From positions 219,233 to 283,232 of the forward strand of contig NW_014577072.1 of NCBI RefSeq assembly GCF_000485595.1: a stretch of DNA of 64,000 nucleotides. Reading direction: 5' to 3'. The stretch comes from Priapulus caudatus. Its lineage: Eukaryota. The position numbers and the translations under genes were made by a program. The notes under the pieces are model-generated. The model was given only the letters and a program-made list of their open reading frames with translations. It was not told where the DNA came from and ran no database searches. Positions 1 through 13,718 of the stretch are shown here, in pieces (the stretch's first letter is position 1; each line of letters opens with the position of its first letter).

Positions 1-2782
1 ACCTGATATTATCTTGGAATTTGTACCCGTGCATATGCAGGCATATAAATGATTGCAAGACACATCTTACGTTTAAATTGGTCTTAAATCGTTCGTCTGA
101 TGGATTTCTTTTCTTCTCTCGTCTCCCACATAATATTGTCGTTGCAAATTGCACGGCATAATAACAGCGAAGGACCAGTGCTGTTACAGTTCATGAGCCT
201 GTTAGGCAACGTTATTTTTGTTCATAATTTAGTAGTAGAGAATATTAAATCAACAGGGGAAGCACAGCTCATGTCTGTAGTGAAGAGGAGTGTAAACAGA
301 GCGGCTGCCCTTCGTAATCAAGGACTATATAGGACTGCTATCTCTACTCTAAGCCATAGACCAGATGTCAAAACCAGCCGACCATTCTTGTGCCAACATA
401 CGAGGCTATCTATCACATTCGTGTCAGCGTGCTATCCAAGATCATGAAGAGAAAGACTCGATAAGGTGTGCAAAAAATCACCAACACCCAGATACGGCGC
501 GTGGCAAAGTTGACAGAGATGTGCAGCGAGTACACCTAGAGGTGATAAAGATGATATGCGGGCGGTTTTTCTATTGCGCCGTAACAGCTATTTTACTGTT
601 CCGTTATCTGTTATTTTTCGCACCATCTGCTAACGGTTCATCTCGTTACGCGTCGGTAGCCAGCAAATAGCGTGCGATGGCGTGTTTATCTCCAGCACCC
701 GCGAGCGATGCGCAATTTACACGGATCAGACATGTACGAGCTACGCAGTGACGTTGCTCTGTCTGTCTATAAACATCGATAGGCTTATTGATGCACACGC
801 TTGCGTTGATGAAGATGAGGTTCGTGATAACGAATCGATTTCAATTCATTTCTTATCTTCCGTGCAAAGTCTGCATAGCTAACGAAAGAGGTAATGATCT
901 CGCGTCATAGAAGTTTCCGTTCTGTGTTGGTTTGCCGTTCACAGCTTGCTAGTTACCCTGATTAAGCTGTCGTCATATCAACTTGGATGCACATGGGATG
1001 CTTAACTAACGACTGGGAAGAAAATAGCGCACGCTATCCATGTTTCTCCTGTAGGAGACCACAGGTGTCCAGTGTGTGCTTGAAATGCTGGTAAGGGGGT
1101 TCCGCCGCAACCATAGATCACTTATCTGCGACTCGTGTGTGGCAGAGTCGTGCTTTTAATTGATGCCAGCGCGTCTCATCAATCTCGAATTAAATAGAAA
1201 AGATGTACGAGGGACGGATCGTTCAGGAAAGGTGTAATGAATCGGTCTTGCATTGTGTGCTCTCTAAGAGGAACAGACGCAAGTGCTTGAGTATGCAGCG
1301 CAGTATTACGAGTGCTAGCGGACACGCGGCTGTCGGCAAGACAAGACTACGTCCATACGCGCGGATGCTTACATGAATGCGCCCATTCTCGAGCGTACTT
1401 TGTGAAACTTAATGGAAAGATGGAGATTATTGATGGAAAGCGTTTCTCTTTGTAAAGTCGAAGGTTTGTTTTCTTTGTGAATTGATCACCCTGGTCGATT
1501 TGCGGCGGCGACTGTCACATCTGGATGAGATTCCATCACGAGAGGGAGAGCATGCAGCTTCACAATGTGAACGCATTTTCTCGCAGCTCGTGAGCGCCAG
1601 TCGCCTCGCAGCCGCGTTGTCAGAACACGGAAGGCCCTTTCTGCTTTGCCGTGGTATGCATTTCCATTTCGTTTTCCGCCGGCCGAGAGTGCTTATAGAT
1701 TCCGGCTGCCTGACGTTGGACGTTCGCTGCTGCGCGCATTTACCACCGTGGTTATCTGGGGGATTAGTGAACGTGTTTGACAGATGTCACAGCGTAGCTA
1801 CTAGAAATCGTTACCGTATTTGTGCTGCTCACAGGTAGGTGGTGCGGTAATCTAGACGTCATCATTTTGTCAACGCGCGCAAACGCGTAGCCCATATATG
1901 TATGTATAGGCGCCGAACGTATCGCGCCTGTCGTTAAACTATCATATATTTATGCTATATCTGAAAGGTGCAACCTAGTATATGATGAAATATTTTTTTA
2001 GTATAACGCCATCGGTGAATGTACCGAGTGGGACGGAGTAATGAATATTGCACGAGCCTCGTTTCGTTTGGGTGCGTTTTGTTGGCCTATTGTTCATCGC
2101 GAGCAAATTCGCCTCTGTTATGGCCTTGAATGAATAAACAGCGCTAAGTTGTCTTTGATATGAGCGCACAGGGCTTAGCTTCCTGAGCGAATCGACGAGT
2201 ATAATAAATATCTCTCTATGTGGTGATAATCGCACGCATGTATTATTCACCGGCGAGCGGCTACATCATGACCAATGTTCTATTTTGCTAGCGCTTTAAA
2301 TTTTAACGCTATTTGTTATTCATTATTTCCTGTTTGAGTAAGGAAGAGCGGCTTTGTATTCGGCTGTTGCCATCAGGCGATGATCATCACTACGGTGACG
2401 ATACCTGTGCTATTGTGCTGGGCGTATAATGAAGTTAGATGCGTCATCGTACACAAATTAGTGCGATGTGTAAAAACAAAACTGCCAGCTATGCGCTGGA
2501 CATTAGCAGCATAGCATTCTCGCACCTCTAGTAAAGACCATGCCTATCTGCATGTTGGTACTATTACGCCACGCTCGGTGTGCAAGGGGCAGGTATAAGA
2601 ATTAATTCGTACTGGATGAGCTCTTAACGAGTAATTTGTTTAGATTATTAATACTCAATTGCATTTTTACATGTTAGGGATTATCACTGTGGACAAATTC
2701 ACAGACACTCTGGACAACCAGTTGAACAACACGTAATATCATGTGCGGAGAGATGTCTTATGGTCTTTATTTCGTTTTACAG

Positions 2783-3192
2783 ATGAAGAAGGGACTGAAG
2801 AGGAGTATGCTGATGTTGATCAACTCACACGAGACAGTGACAACCATTCCCCACCTGACGTCGCCAGGACAGCTCCGGCAACAACGTCGTTTGCGTCCAT
2901 CTTTCCCTTCTTTCCACCAGTGACAGTTACGCCGCACGTCAACATGGAGATGAAGCCACAGTTTCCTGTCGCTATGGAGAGGCAGCAGATTCCAGTATCC
3001 ATGGCAATGCCAAAACAGGCCATGTACATTCCAGACCAGATGATGTTACCAGAAACACTCGAATTTCGTGAATCTCGTATGTCTGGAAATCTCAGCGTGT
3101 GGGCAAAAGTAAAGATAGATAGAGGTCAGAAGTTTGGACCTTTTTCGGGCATTCTCAGACCAAACCCAATGGATCCAATGTGTGCATGGGAG
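2783..3192 (+). CDS. Prdm3/16: Prdm3/16 coding exon A: acidic/Pro-rich N-terminal region and N-terminal part of the PR/SET domain
   Basis: Acceptor ttttacAG at 2781-2782 (phase 1), donor GAG|GTAAGT at 3193. Encodes ...[18 protein letters not shown]...[18 protein letters not shown]...CAWE, matching the MDS1 exon ending in WE. Confidence 0.9.
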
Positions 3193-6100
3193 GTAAGTTC
3201 TATTATTCTACCACCTTTGTGTTTGTTGTTATGCCATTAAACGTTTCCTTGTTATAGCGTGCATATTAGTAGAGGCAAGTAGCCTCTACTGCATGTGTGT
3301 AAAATACAGTACAACGAAATCGCAATATAGAGTTATTCACGTGATGGATATACCTGTGCGTGCGTGCGTGTGTTCGTGCGTGCGTGTGCGTGTGCGTGTG
3401 CGTGTGCGTGTGTGCGTGCGTGTATGCGTGTGTGTGTGTGTGTGTGGGCGTTTGCGTGTGCGTGTACGTGTGCGCGTGTGCGTGTGCGTGTACGTGTGCG
3501 CGTGCGCGTGTGTGCGCGTACGTGCGTGTGTGCGTGTGCGTGTGCGTGTACGTGTGGCCACGCGAATCCGGGAGTTGTTACGCTTTAGAGATCACCAACA
3601 AGAGGTCTAGCCCATTAGCGTATAAATATTTATCTTCATTGCTAAAAAGTATTAGCTCTTTTTCTAAACAACACGGGCACTGCTATAAATACAGATATTG
3701 TCCTAAAGTTAAAATTCAAAACAATTTGCACTAAATCACTGCGGATGCTCGATCATCACAAGTAAAAACTAAAGTAGTTATATAAGTTATGCGCTTCGTT
3801 GCTTTACCTATATGTTGGTTTGCTGTACGCAGATGTGTGTACCTGTGCGAATTGTCTCAGCGCGAAATATATTGATCTGTTACTGGCGCGATAAAAAATG
3901 AAGAGGGCAAAACAAAACGGCTAATGCGATAATCGGTCTAACACAAATTCCATAATTTATTACTGACGGTGATGAAATGCGGAGACCAATTTAATGCACT
4001 ATGTGGACACATTTTATGTATATGTAGATGACACGTAATCTACGCAAGCCAGCAAGATTAGTCGTTTAAATATATTATTCACTGGGCAACTACGCTGACC
4101 GTGTGTATAATGGGAAAATTTCGTCTGTGAAGTGTGAATCTACTTGTAATGACAGTTTAATTGTCGTAGCTTGATGATGACATGGTAACAGGCGTGTTGC
4201 TTTCTAGCTGTCAGTAAAGTTACCTGAAATCGTTTTCATCACAACCATGCTTAATTACTATGTGCTGAAAGTAACATGGTTGTTTTTAATACATTAACAT
4301 TTCTTTTTACCGCGTGTAGTTTACGGGAATACACTATAAATATGATGGAAGATCTACCTGCTTGTTAATCGGAAAGGTTTGGCCGTACCGATGCGGCCTC
4401 AGTAGTTGACACAACGTGATCGGGGTAAGGTTGTTACGGAGACGCCAGGTGACAGAATTATTCAATTACTCGGCAAATATCGCACGTGACCTGCGCCTGA
4501 CAGGGTGCAAAACTCAGAATCACCGCAGATAATGTGATAGCGCTGTCTTCCCAGCGGATTCATTACGAAGGAAAATTGTGCTTTTGTTGTTGAATTACGC
4601 GGCAGATTAACGCGGGAGCGCACTGATGAGTCTATTGATGGGCGCGGGTCACAGATAATTGAGACGCACTTACAATTAGGCTGATCTCCGCGCTCAGATT
4701 GTGTCAGATCGGCGGAATATTGTCGCAGACATCCAGGTTAATCAGGCCGTGGCGACCGTGATTGTAAAGCAGGCCTTGAGAAAGCCTCCACCCTCCCCTC
4801 ATCCCTCCCTCCCCTCCCACAAGTGCGTCAGCAGCAACGCCGGGTCAAACAAATTCGTTTTGCATCATAGCGGCAGCTTAATGAGTCGCTGCGTGCAATG
4901 CATTAGTCTCTCGCGATATAACACGTCCGCGCGCGTGTCCTTCGTGTTTACCTGCAAACCTCTCTCTACCTGCGGGCAGAAAAAATCGCGCAAAGGTGCA
5001 TTCAGCACCCGGGGAACGGCTGGCGAGCAGCTCGGATTTGGAATCGCGGCGGGGTCCATTACAGCGCTGTTTGTGCACAGATAATCCTTTCTGCGCGGCG
5101 TCTCACGCTTTCTGAATGTCTCTCGCGTGTCCACTGTTGCGCCCTGTGTGAGAATGCAGCTGATAAAACAGCGCACAACAACGCTGACCGCTGCTCTCAC
5201 TGCAACGGCGGCGATTTCTTGTCCGTAACCATTCAAGTATCTTTGAAAGTTTCGACGCACAGGAATTCCGGACGCTTTCAACAAGCATTTAGCAGATGAG
5301 GATCAGCTCTGGACCAGCAGAGTGAAGGTTTCAAGTGGATGGGGGGCGAATAGAGCGCTGGGGCAGAAGGCGAGATTTTTGTATCCGGCGCCTCTGAACC
5401 ACGTGCCGCGTTTCTGATCTACATAATTGCGCTAAATTTGCGGGTCGATGAATTTCAGATTTTAAATGTCGTCCGTATTTCGTATAGTCACTCGTTCTTC
5501 TCACGTGTTATAATTAGTCGTAATTAGTGTGCGATAGGTGCAGAGATCCGTGCGTGCGTGCGTGCGTGCGTGCGTGCGTGTGTGCACGCTCCTGCTAATG
5601 ATTGCGGCGCTTGTTTTCTTGACAGTAGTTTTTTCTGTTATCATGCGAGCCGCATTTGCGAAAAATCGGCCTATATATGTATATATTATCGTCAGCAGAT
5701 GGTAATGCGCTGCCATTTGGCATTGAGAATGTACAATGTCGCGCGTGTAAAAACCCCAAGCAGTGCATATATTTTGCGCATATGCATACTGGCTGATTCG
5801 GTAAGGCCAGCAACTAATGAGATTTTCGGTTTGTTAATTAGGTTTACATACTGATTTTCAATATGACACCTGGTTTGGGTGAGTTTCTTGCTGTCTGGCG
5901 GAGATTGAATGATATGAAAAAGCTCGGCTGATGTCAATGAGCCGTCATCATCATCCTCATTATAGCAGCGTAATTACCTGCCGCTCGCAGATGTTTCACG
6001 TGCTACGCAGAGGTTTCGTGATATTCCTGGCCGCGCGCGCGCGCTCGCTCTCTCGCTCTCTCGATCTCCACCCCCTTCTCTCTGTCATCAACGTTCAAAC

Positions 6101-6275
6101 AAATATCTCATTTCACCACCGCCTCTCTTTTGACACCGTTCGATCAATGACGAGGTTAGTCTGCTCGTCAGCCCCCTCCCACCGCAACATCCGCGTGCAC
6201 ACCCGTGTGCTGTGTGTGTGTGTGTGTGGTGTGTGTGTGTTGTGTGTGCGTGCGTGCGTGCGTGCGTGCGTGCGG

Positions 6276-6315
<40 letters not shown>

Positions 6316-6420
6316 TGTGTGGTTGTTGTGTGCTGTGCGTGCGTGGCGTGCGTGCGTGCGTGCTGTGCGTGCGTGCGTGCGTGTGTGTGTGTGTGTGTGC
6401 GCGCGCGCGTGTGTGTGGGG

Positions 6421-6451
<31 letters not shown>

Positions 6452-9400
6452 ATGTGTGTGGAGGGTACGCGCGTACGTGCGCCTGTCTGTGCGTGAGCAC
6501 GCGCGCGCCTGTGCGTACGTGCGCCTGTCTGTGCGTGAGTACGCGCGCGCGTGTGCGTACGTGCGTGTATGCTCTGTTTGCTGGCTGACCCGCGACGGCA
6601 TTGCGTGTCGATCAGCGAGACGAGCTTGCTGCACGCCGCAGCCTCCCCCAATATACGCCTGCTAAAATTCACCACACTAATGAATTGATAAACCGCTGCT
6701 AATGAAGTTGCGAATAATCCGCACAAGTGCAGATGTTTTGCGTAGTAGAATATAGATTCAATGCTCGCGAGTCGCGGTTCTGTAATTTAGTAAAGATTTC
6801 ACATTTCAGTAAATTGATTAGAGGCGCACTGCCCCTATTAATTCCCTCATTATCAATTACTGTGTATAATTGCATATAAATTGTGTGCATTAGTAAACGT
6901 TAGCGCCTAAATGTAATTGAACTGGTAGTTAAGTGCCAACGCTGCGAAAATATTGTAGTTGGATTAACTTGCAAGTGTACCAACCGATGTTATATCACAG
7001 TATATATATAGGAACTGTGAAGCAACTGTGGCGTAACAAGGATATATATCAAGAGTACATAATAGAGAAGAGTATGACACCGTTTTAACAGCGTTTTGCA
7101 TAGTTTTCAACTTGTAAATATTCTATCAATATGTGAATAAATATATTCAAACTTTACCTTGTTTTCGTCTATGATTCTCTCTTAATCATAATATTATGAC
7201 ACCACCAATTTATCTGAAAATCGTCTGTGTTCTTCAAAAAAGTTATTTGAATACGACACGGTTTCACACAGTTTTCCCAAACGAGCGCATGTGTTCGGCG
7301 TAAGTTTATTATGGGATTAGTGTTCTATTGTCTATGACGGAACGCTGGGGGCTGCTGGGGAGATTAGGCATCGAATTGTATTCAACGTGTAGCGTTTCCA
7401 GCGTGCTAGAAATAAATGTGTGCTCACGGCGAGCTAGCAGCTGATTTTAGCTGTGTTGCCATCGTGTTCCTGATGATAAGAAAGCGAAAAAAGTGCTGTT
7501 ACTGTGCTTACATAATATCCCTAACAGCCCCCAGCGTCCCGCAGTTACAACCTGGTGCTGCCGCCGCATATCAACATGAGCCGAATACATGCGAACGTTT
7601 GGGAAAACTGTGTGAAACCGTGTCGTATTCAAAGAACTTTTTTGAAAAACACATACGATTTTCAGGTAAATTGGAGGTGTCATATAATTAAGGGAGAATC
7701 ATAGACCAAAACAAGGTAAAGTTTTAATATTTTTATTCACATAATATTGATAGAATATTTAAAAGTTGAAAACTATTCAAAACGCTGTTAAAACGGTGTC
7801 ATACTCTTGATATATATCAACGCACGAATATGGAATATGTTATGCTTGCGTGCGTGCTTGCGTGGGTGTATGCTAGTGCGCGTTCGAGTGCGCGTGATGG
7901 CAGCAATGTATGTGTGGAACGCTCAGGTAGAATATCTAGCATTCCTATTATACGAATGAAATGTAGAAAGCGTTGCTTGCAAATCGATTTGCCCGTGGAG
8001 GTACTAATGAATCTCAATTTACTGTCATGATTTGACATCGGTAACCCGGCCGATTGGCCTAGACAATATTTAGCGGAGATCGAGAACCTCTGTGTTCCCT
8101 TTCAGACCATCTGCCCACTCTGCTCCCCCGCGTAGGCCTGCGTGAAAACGAAGCCTTTTCCGCTTTCTTTAGTCGAAGGGATCGGCTGCTACCGTCTACG
8201 TCGTAAAATGCACTGTATAGTAGTGTTTGCTTGGTGGAAAGCTATTCTTGTTTTGGTATAGATTCATATTACAGACGTGTGAATTTTTATTATAGATTAA
8301 ACTATTTTAGCGTAACTGTACGCGAATGCGCTCAGGCCATCCTTAAAGAATTATGTTTGCTGTCCTCCGACCGACCCACGAAAATAGCCGCAACCCCCAA
8401 TTTTTTTTGACATTTTGGGTTCCATATTTTTATTTTATTTTATTTTTTTACATTTTTTATACTTAAGACTGAAACACAAAGCATGTGTGGCAAACATGAG
8501 GACAGACTTAAAATAACTATTATGCCTCACAAAAAAAATTATCTACCTACCTACCCACTAAAAAATCATGGGTCGGGGGACAGCAAACATAGAATTTTTT
8601 AATGATGGCCTCACATATGAGAGAGATAACTCGGAGAGAAACAACGTGGCTGGACTTAGCTAGGACTTAACACTAGGACGCTTACCAGCAGCTACAGCTA
8701 ACTCCACAAATTGTGATTTAACATGACCAAGAGAAAATGGACGATATAACAAGCAGAAACAAATACGGTGCCGTAAGCCGTGTCAATAAATTACGATCAT
8801 CTAGGAATAAAATTACTATTGCATACGAATGACTACTATCCGTGAGACCTGTTTGTAAGCCACTGTTCAATTATTCACGTCAAATAGCACTTATAAAGTC
8901 TTCGTGATATCGTATATGCGTGCTCGCGTAAACCTTTCAACTAACTCGACCATTAATATTATAAATAATAAATATCAAGTTTCGGATAATTAATTAGCTG
9001 TCCCAGATAACCCCATCGCACACAACAACATGTTCACATACGCGCACACACCGGCTTCTCGGACCAGCAGCAGTCTTTCACTTGGTGTTTCGTATCTATC
9101 TGTTACTAATTCTGTTGCGTAAAATGGACCTCCCGAGTAAAATGGCAAGCTATCTCAAAAATTATCATGCTGGAGCATTCATCATGTCGACGCTATAAAA
9201 ATATGAAATCGTTTGTAATTCGGTCGTGGCGTGCTTCAGTGCCTTCTGTCTTCCTATGAAATCCGCTGCTGCCAGATTGCCCACACTGCTCAGTTGGCAG
9301 GTATCAGATTGCGGTCATTTGTATGCCGCTCAATTTCGCCACTTTTGGTGTCATTTGTTCACGATTACTGGTCAAATAAGCCATATTAGAACGATCGGCA

Positions 9401-12400
9401 GAACTGCCGACTATTGATCATAACGCGCGATATGATGTCATCTTCGCATATGACACGCGCTTGGCCAATTTTGTCTGTGGACTTCGGGCCCATTTGGCAT
9501 TTATCTGCTCATTGTGGCCAGGTTATTAGGCCAATTTGTGCCACTTCTCTTGAGTTGCAGCGTGCAGGCTACGTCGCGGGCACGTGTAAAAACATTGCCG
9601 TCGTGCGACGTGACCGGCGCCCGGTGATTTTGTCGTTTGATCATCTACGATGGATTCTGTCGAAAACGCCGCGAAATGTCGCACCTCGGTATGCTAATCT
9701 CACAGTGCGCTTTCCGTCGTTGCCTGCAGCTTGTGCGTGCCGATGATCGCGATTGTGCGTGTTGTGTTGTTACAGCCTGTTCTGCTAGCATCTATGAAAA
9801 ATACGACATACGCATATATACGCTCTCCTATGACACTATTTGTCATAGGAAGATTCTTCCTATGACAAATATTGTTGTATGTGTTGTGCGCATCATAGGA
9901 GTCTACGAGCGCTATTATGAACGCAAACAGTGAATTTCAGCTGTAAACCGGAACGAAGTTGACTCGCCAATATTTGTCATAGAAAGAATCTTCCTATGAC
10001 AAATAGTGTCATAGGAGAGCGTATATGCATATGTCGCATTTGCCATAGATGCAAGCAGAACATGTTGCAGCAGCATTCTTACGCGCTCGCCTCATTCGAA
10101 GCGAGTTGCGCGTTTAACATGAGGTGTGTGTCGGGACGTTGTTGACGCTACCTATGTAAGATCCTGTCCTCGCATTGACGCTGTAGTCTCTTTAGTTTAC
10201 GCTCGCCGTGTTCTAATGGTTAGTCTGGTGAACATGACGCCCCGCAAACCGAGCTCCGCTTGCAAATCGTCATCAAGTGAGCGGCAAGTGCGCGCGATTA
10301 AGGGGAGAATTTACGAGCCGCTCTAATACAGAAAGACAGCTACCTCGATCATCATGAGGTCTAACTTGGTAATGGCTTCATTCGAGGCTTGCTGTGTGTG
10401 CCATCGAACAATAAATAAGCACCATAATCACATTATATCCTGTGTGAATTACGGCAGCAGCACGGAAACGGTCATTGTCGGATTAAATTAAAGTTTATAG
10501 GATCAGAGTAAACACGACATTATTGCTCTTCCTGCAATAAACCCGGGGGATTCTATGCAATCAGAGCTCACCAGCGCCTCAATCTTCACCTGATGCGGAT
10601 TTTATGATTACACAACCACATATTTCCTTTGACGAATTGCCCATGTTTATTCAGTAAGGGGTTTCCATGTTCGATGCGTCAGTTGCCTTCAGCTGTGTTG
10701 CGTGTGTGTATATATGAGAGACACTGTGGCAGGGCGGCCATGTTTGTTCGTGCGTGCAGGCGTGTCCGTCTGCGTGTCCGTGCACGTGTGCGTGCGTGCG
10801 TGCAGGCGGGTCCGCGTGTGTGTCCGTGCACGTGTGCGTGCGTGTTTGCGTGCGTGCGCGCAGGCGTGTCCGTCTGTGTGTCCGTGCACGTGTGCGTGCG
10901 TGTTTGCGTGCGTGCGCGCGCGCAGGCATGCGCGAGACCTCCGGCTGAGAGCAACCATTAGTCACGTGCACAATGAAGGTCAGCTAGTCGTGATCGTAGG
11001 ATTTCTCATCCGAAAGCGGCACTTTCGTCCAATTCATCGAGTGCTAGTGGCTTCCCACACTCAGCCAATTATAAATACTTTAATGACTTTGAGAGGCCGC
11101 GATCCTATAGAATTCATCATGTTAGCGTCATTAGCGGGATGAAGCCAGTAGATAAAAAGTGCATCATTACGGTCAACCGACCTGATCATCGTTAGAGCCA
11201 CTAATGCGGCTGCGGACGCGCTCTACTCCATCACCTCATTTGCAGCTTCCATTTGTTTTTCGCCTCGTATTGATCCCGCCTTCTAGGATCGGCCTGATTA
11301 ACCTCTTGCCAGGAGAGTTTGCTCGTGCACAACGGGGAGATCTTTAGTTAAGGTAACAAACACGGCCAGGGCGCTCCTATTAACCTCTCCCGCGGAGTGC
11401 GCACACACACATGCTCCTCTAGATCTCCGCCTATTATAAGCTGCGTAATAAGCTGCGCGGCTAATAAGCTGCGTGGCAGCAGCAGCAGCAGCAGCAGCAG
11501 CAGACAACGCAAGGCTTCTTTCCCCCGTCATCCGCGAGGTTCTTATCATTCCGCATCGTTATGCACGTGGTAGCGACTGCGGATAATTGGTGTCCCGTTT
11601 CTTTATTTTGTTTCGTCGGAACGTCAAAATAACTGCGGCTAGCCAATATCTGAATGAATTCCTGTCCAAATGATGCCCGCAGCCAGCGGGAGGCAGTTTC
11701 TGTTGACTCGCTCGCCTACTAATAAGGATCACCGCTTCACGCAGGCAGCGGTGGGTGTATGGCATCGCATGAGATCACTAGATAAAATTAGTCATTAGCG
11801 TTTTCAGTTGATTTGCTGGCAGAATGTTGTCGTGATGCTCTCGGAGGGCAGCGTGAATGCATCGTGACACACTCACTGCACACATCATTATTTCCTGCGG
11901 CACTGTCTGCGGAATACAAGAAGAATAGACACACGGGGCGCCAGCAAAGAAAGGTTGGTGTGCGCCTTAGCTTGCACGAGCGCACGCGCCAATGCTCACG
12001 TACATGAACACGGCCGCTACTCTTTCACATAGCTCGGTTCTTTTTCCCCTTCGCTCACTGCTCTATTTTCCTCCTGCTCTCGCAGCCTCGCTCCCCACGC
12101 TCTCTCCCCCTTCAATCCTTTCTTTCTATCATACTCTCTCGCGGGAAAATCGCACTCAGCGGATAAAGGGCTACTCGCGATGCGGTCAGGCACCGATGCC
12201 ATGTTTCCTACACGCCATCTGTAAGCTTGCGGGTCAGCCAGTAGCGCAGCTGTTTGCAGTTTCCGGTTTCCGGTGGCCGGAGCGAAATCTACAGGGCGCG
12301 TACGTGGAATGCGCCTCGGCGCGTGAATCTTCCATTATTCTATCGCAAGATCGGCTTGTCGTCGCCGCTGCTCTATCTCTCCTCATGATCATCACAGCTT

Positions 12401-13683
12401 AATTAACAGAGCGTGAAATATTGTTTTCGCTCACTCGACATTCTTCGCCAGACAATGAAACTCGGGAAGGGTGCGTTTGCGTAAGCGCTAGGTAATTACA
12501 GCAGGCCGTATTCACGCGTGAGATAACGCCGCAATACGGCAGCGCGCGCAGAGCACTCTCGAAAATTACGCGCCGGGAAATCCTAATAGAGATAAATTCG
12601 TTTTGATTTCCGGCTGGATGAATGCAAAGAAAATGTTGAGTATGTAAATGGAAGAGACAGAAGGGTAATCCTTCCGTCGCCTTTGTCAGTAAATGCTGTG
12701 AAGAAAAGACGCGAAATAATCTTTGGCAGTGGCATTGTCGCCACGCATCAGAAAGGCCACACATTTCTCAGGAAATCACAAGATTGACTTCGGATTAAGC
12801 TGCGACGAAAGGAAGACCCATTATTTTTTGAGAATAGACAAAATAATAAAGAACGCATGCATGTAGTCTTCATCGAACCACGCGCCGTGCTTGGAATAGG
12901 TTTACTGTGAGAACTTCAACTGATTCACACTTTGAGATGTCTGCCTGCGTAGTCAAATGTATTTTCCCAAGACACTTCTCATGTAGCTACTTGTCAGAGA
13001 GGGCTCGTGCGAAAGTTCTGTGCGGAAAACAATTAGTAGAGCGTCCCCTTTTAGAGTGACAGTCTAAATATTTTTGTTGAGGTCTCGCTAACATGTGCTT
13101 CAAGTATGTCGCCTTGGCTTCCTGGTAGACAATTATAGTGCGACCATGGCGTCAAAACTAACGCATGTTTGTGGTTGTTGGTTGTGAAAGCGACATATCG
13201 AGTTTAGTGTCGCGTGCGTGAGGCAAAGTACTAATCGAAAAACAACGTCGTGAAATCATGTTCAGGAGTTTTCTTATCATAATAATTACATTTGTCTCGT
13301 TATGACCATGTGCGTGATGCTGGCAGGTTTCGATGGCTACTACGTATGGCCATGCTGAATCCTTGCTGGGGCTTACCTCTGCTGAGAGATTCAGGATAGG
13401 CAAATCTATCTGGCGCATAATTATACGCAGTGGAATAGACATTTCTCATGAGCCGTTATGCAACTAGAACGCGAAGACACGCGTACGGTTACTGTAATAG
13501 TGAGTTGGTAGGCTGGTCGACATTGCAAGAAGTAGAGCGTGATATGAGGCGAGTTTTTTATGTGTGTGTGTGCGTGCGTGTGTGCGTGCGTGCGTGTGTG
13601 TGTGTTTGTGTATGTGAGCGTGCGTGCGTGCGTGCGTGCGTGCGTGTGTGTGTGTGTGTGTGTTTGTGTATGTAAGCGCGCGC

Positions 13684-13718
<35 letters not shown>

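Noticed and set aside
1..2782. First coding exon of Prdm3/16 (vertebrate type MRSKxRARKL, phase-1 donor)
   Set aside because: No ATG-led frame with a phase-1 donor and recognisable peptide was found. It is probably upstream of the window. An in-exon start (e.g. ATG at 2944) cannot be excluded.
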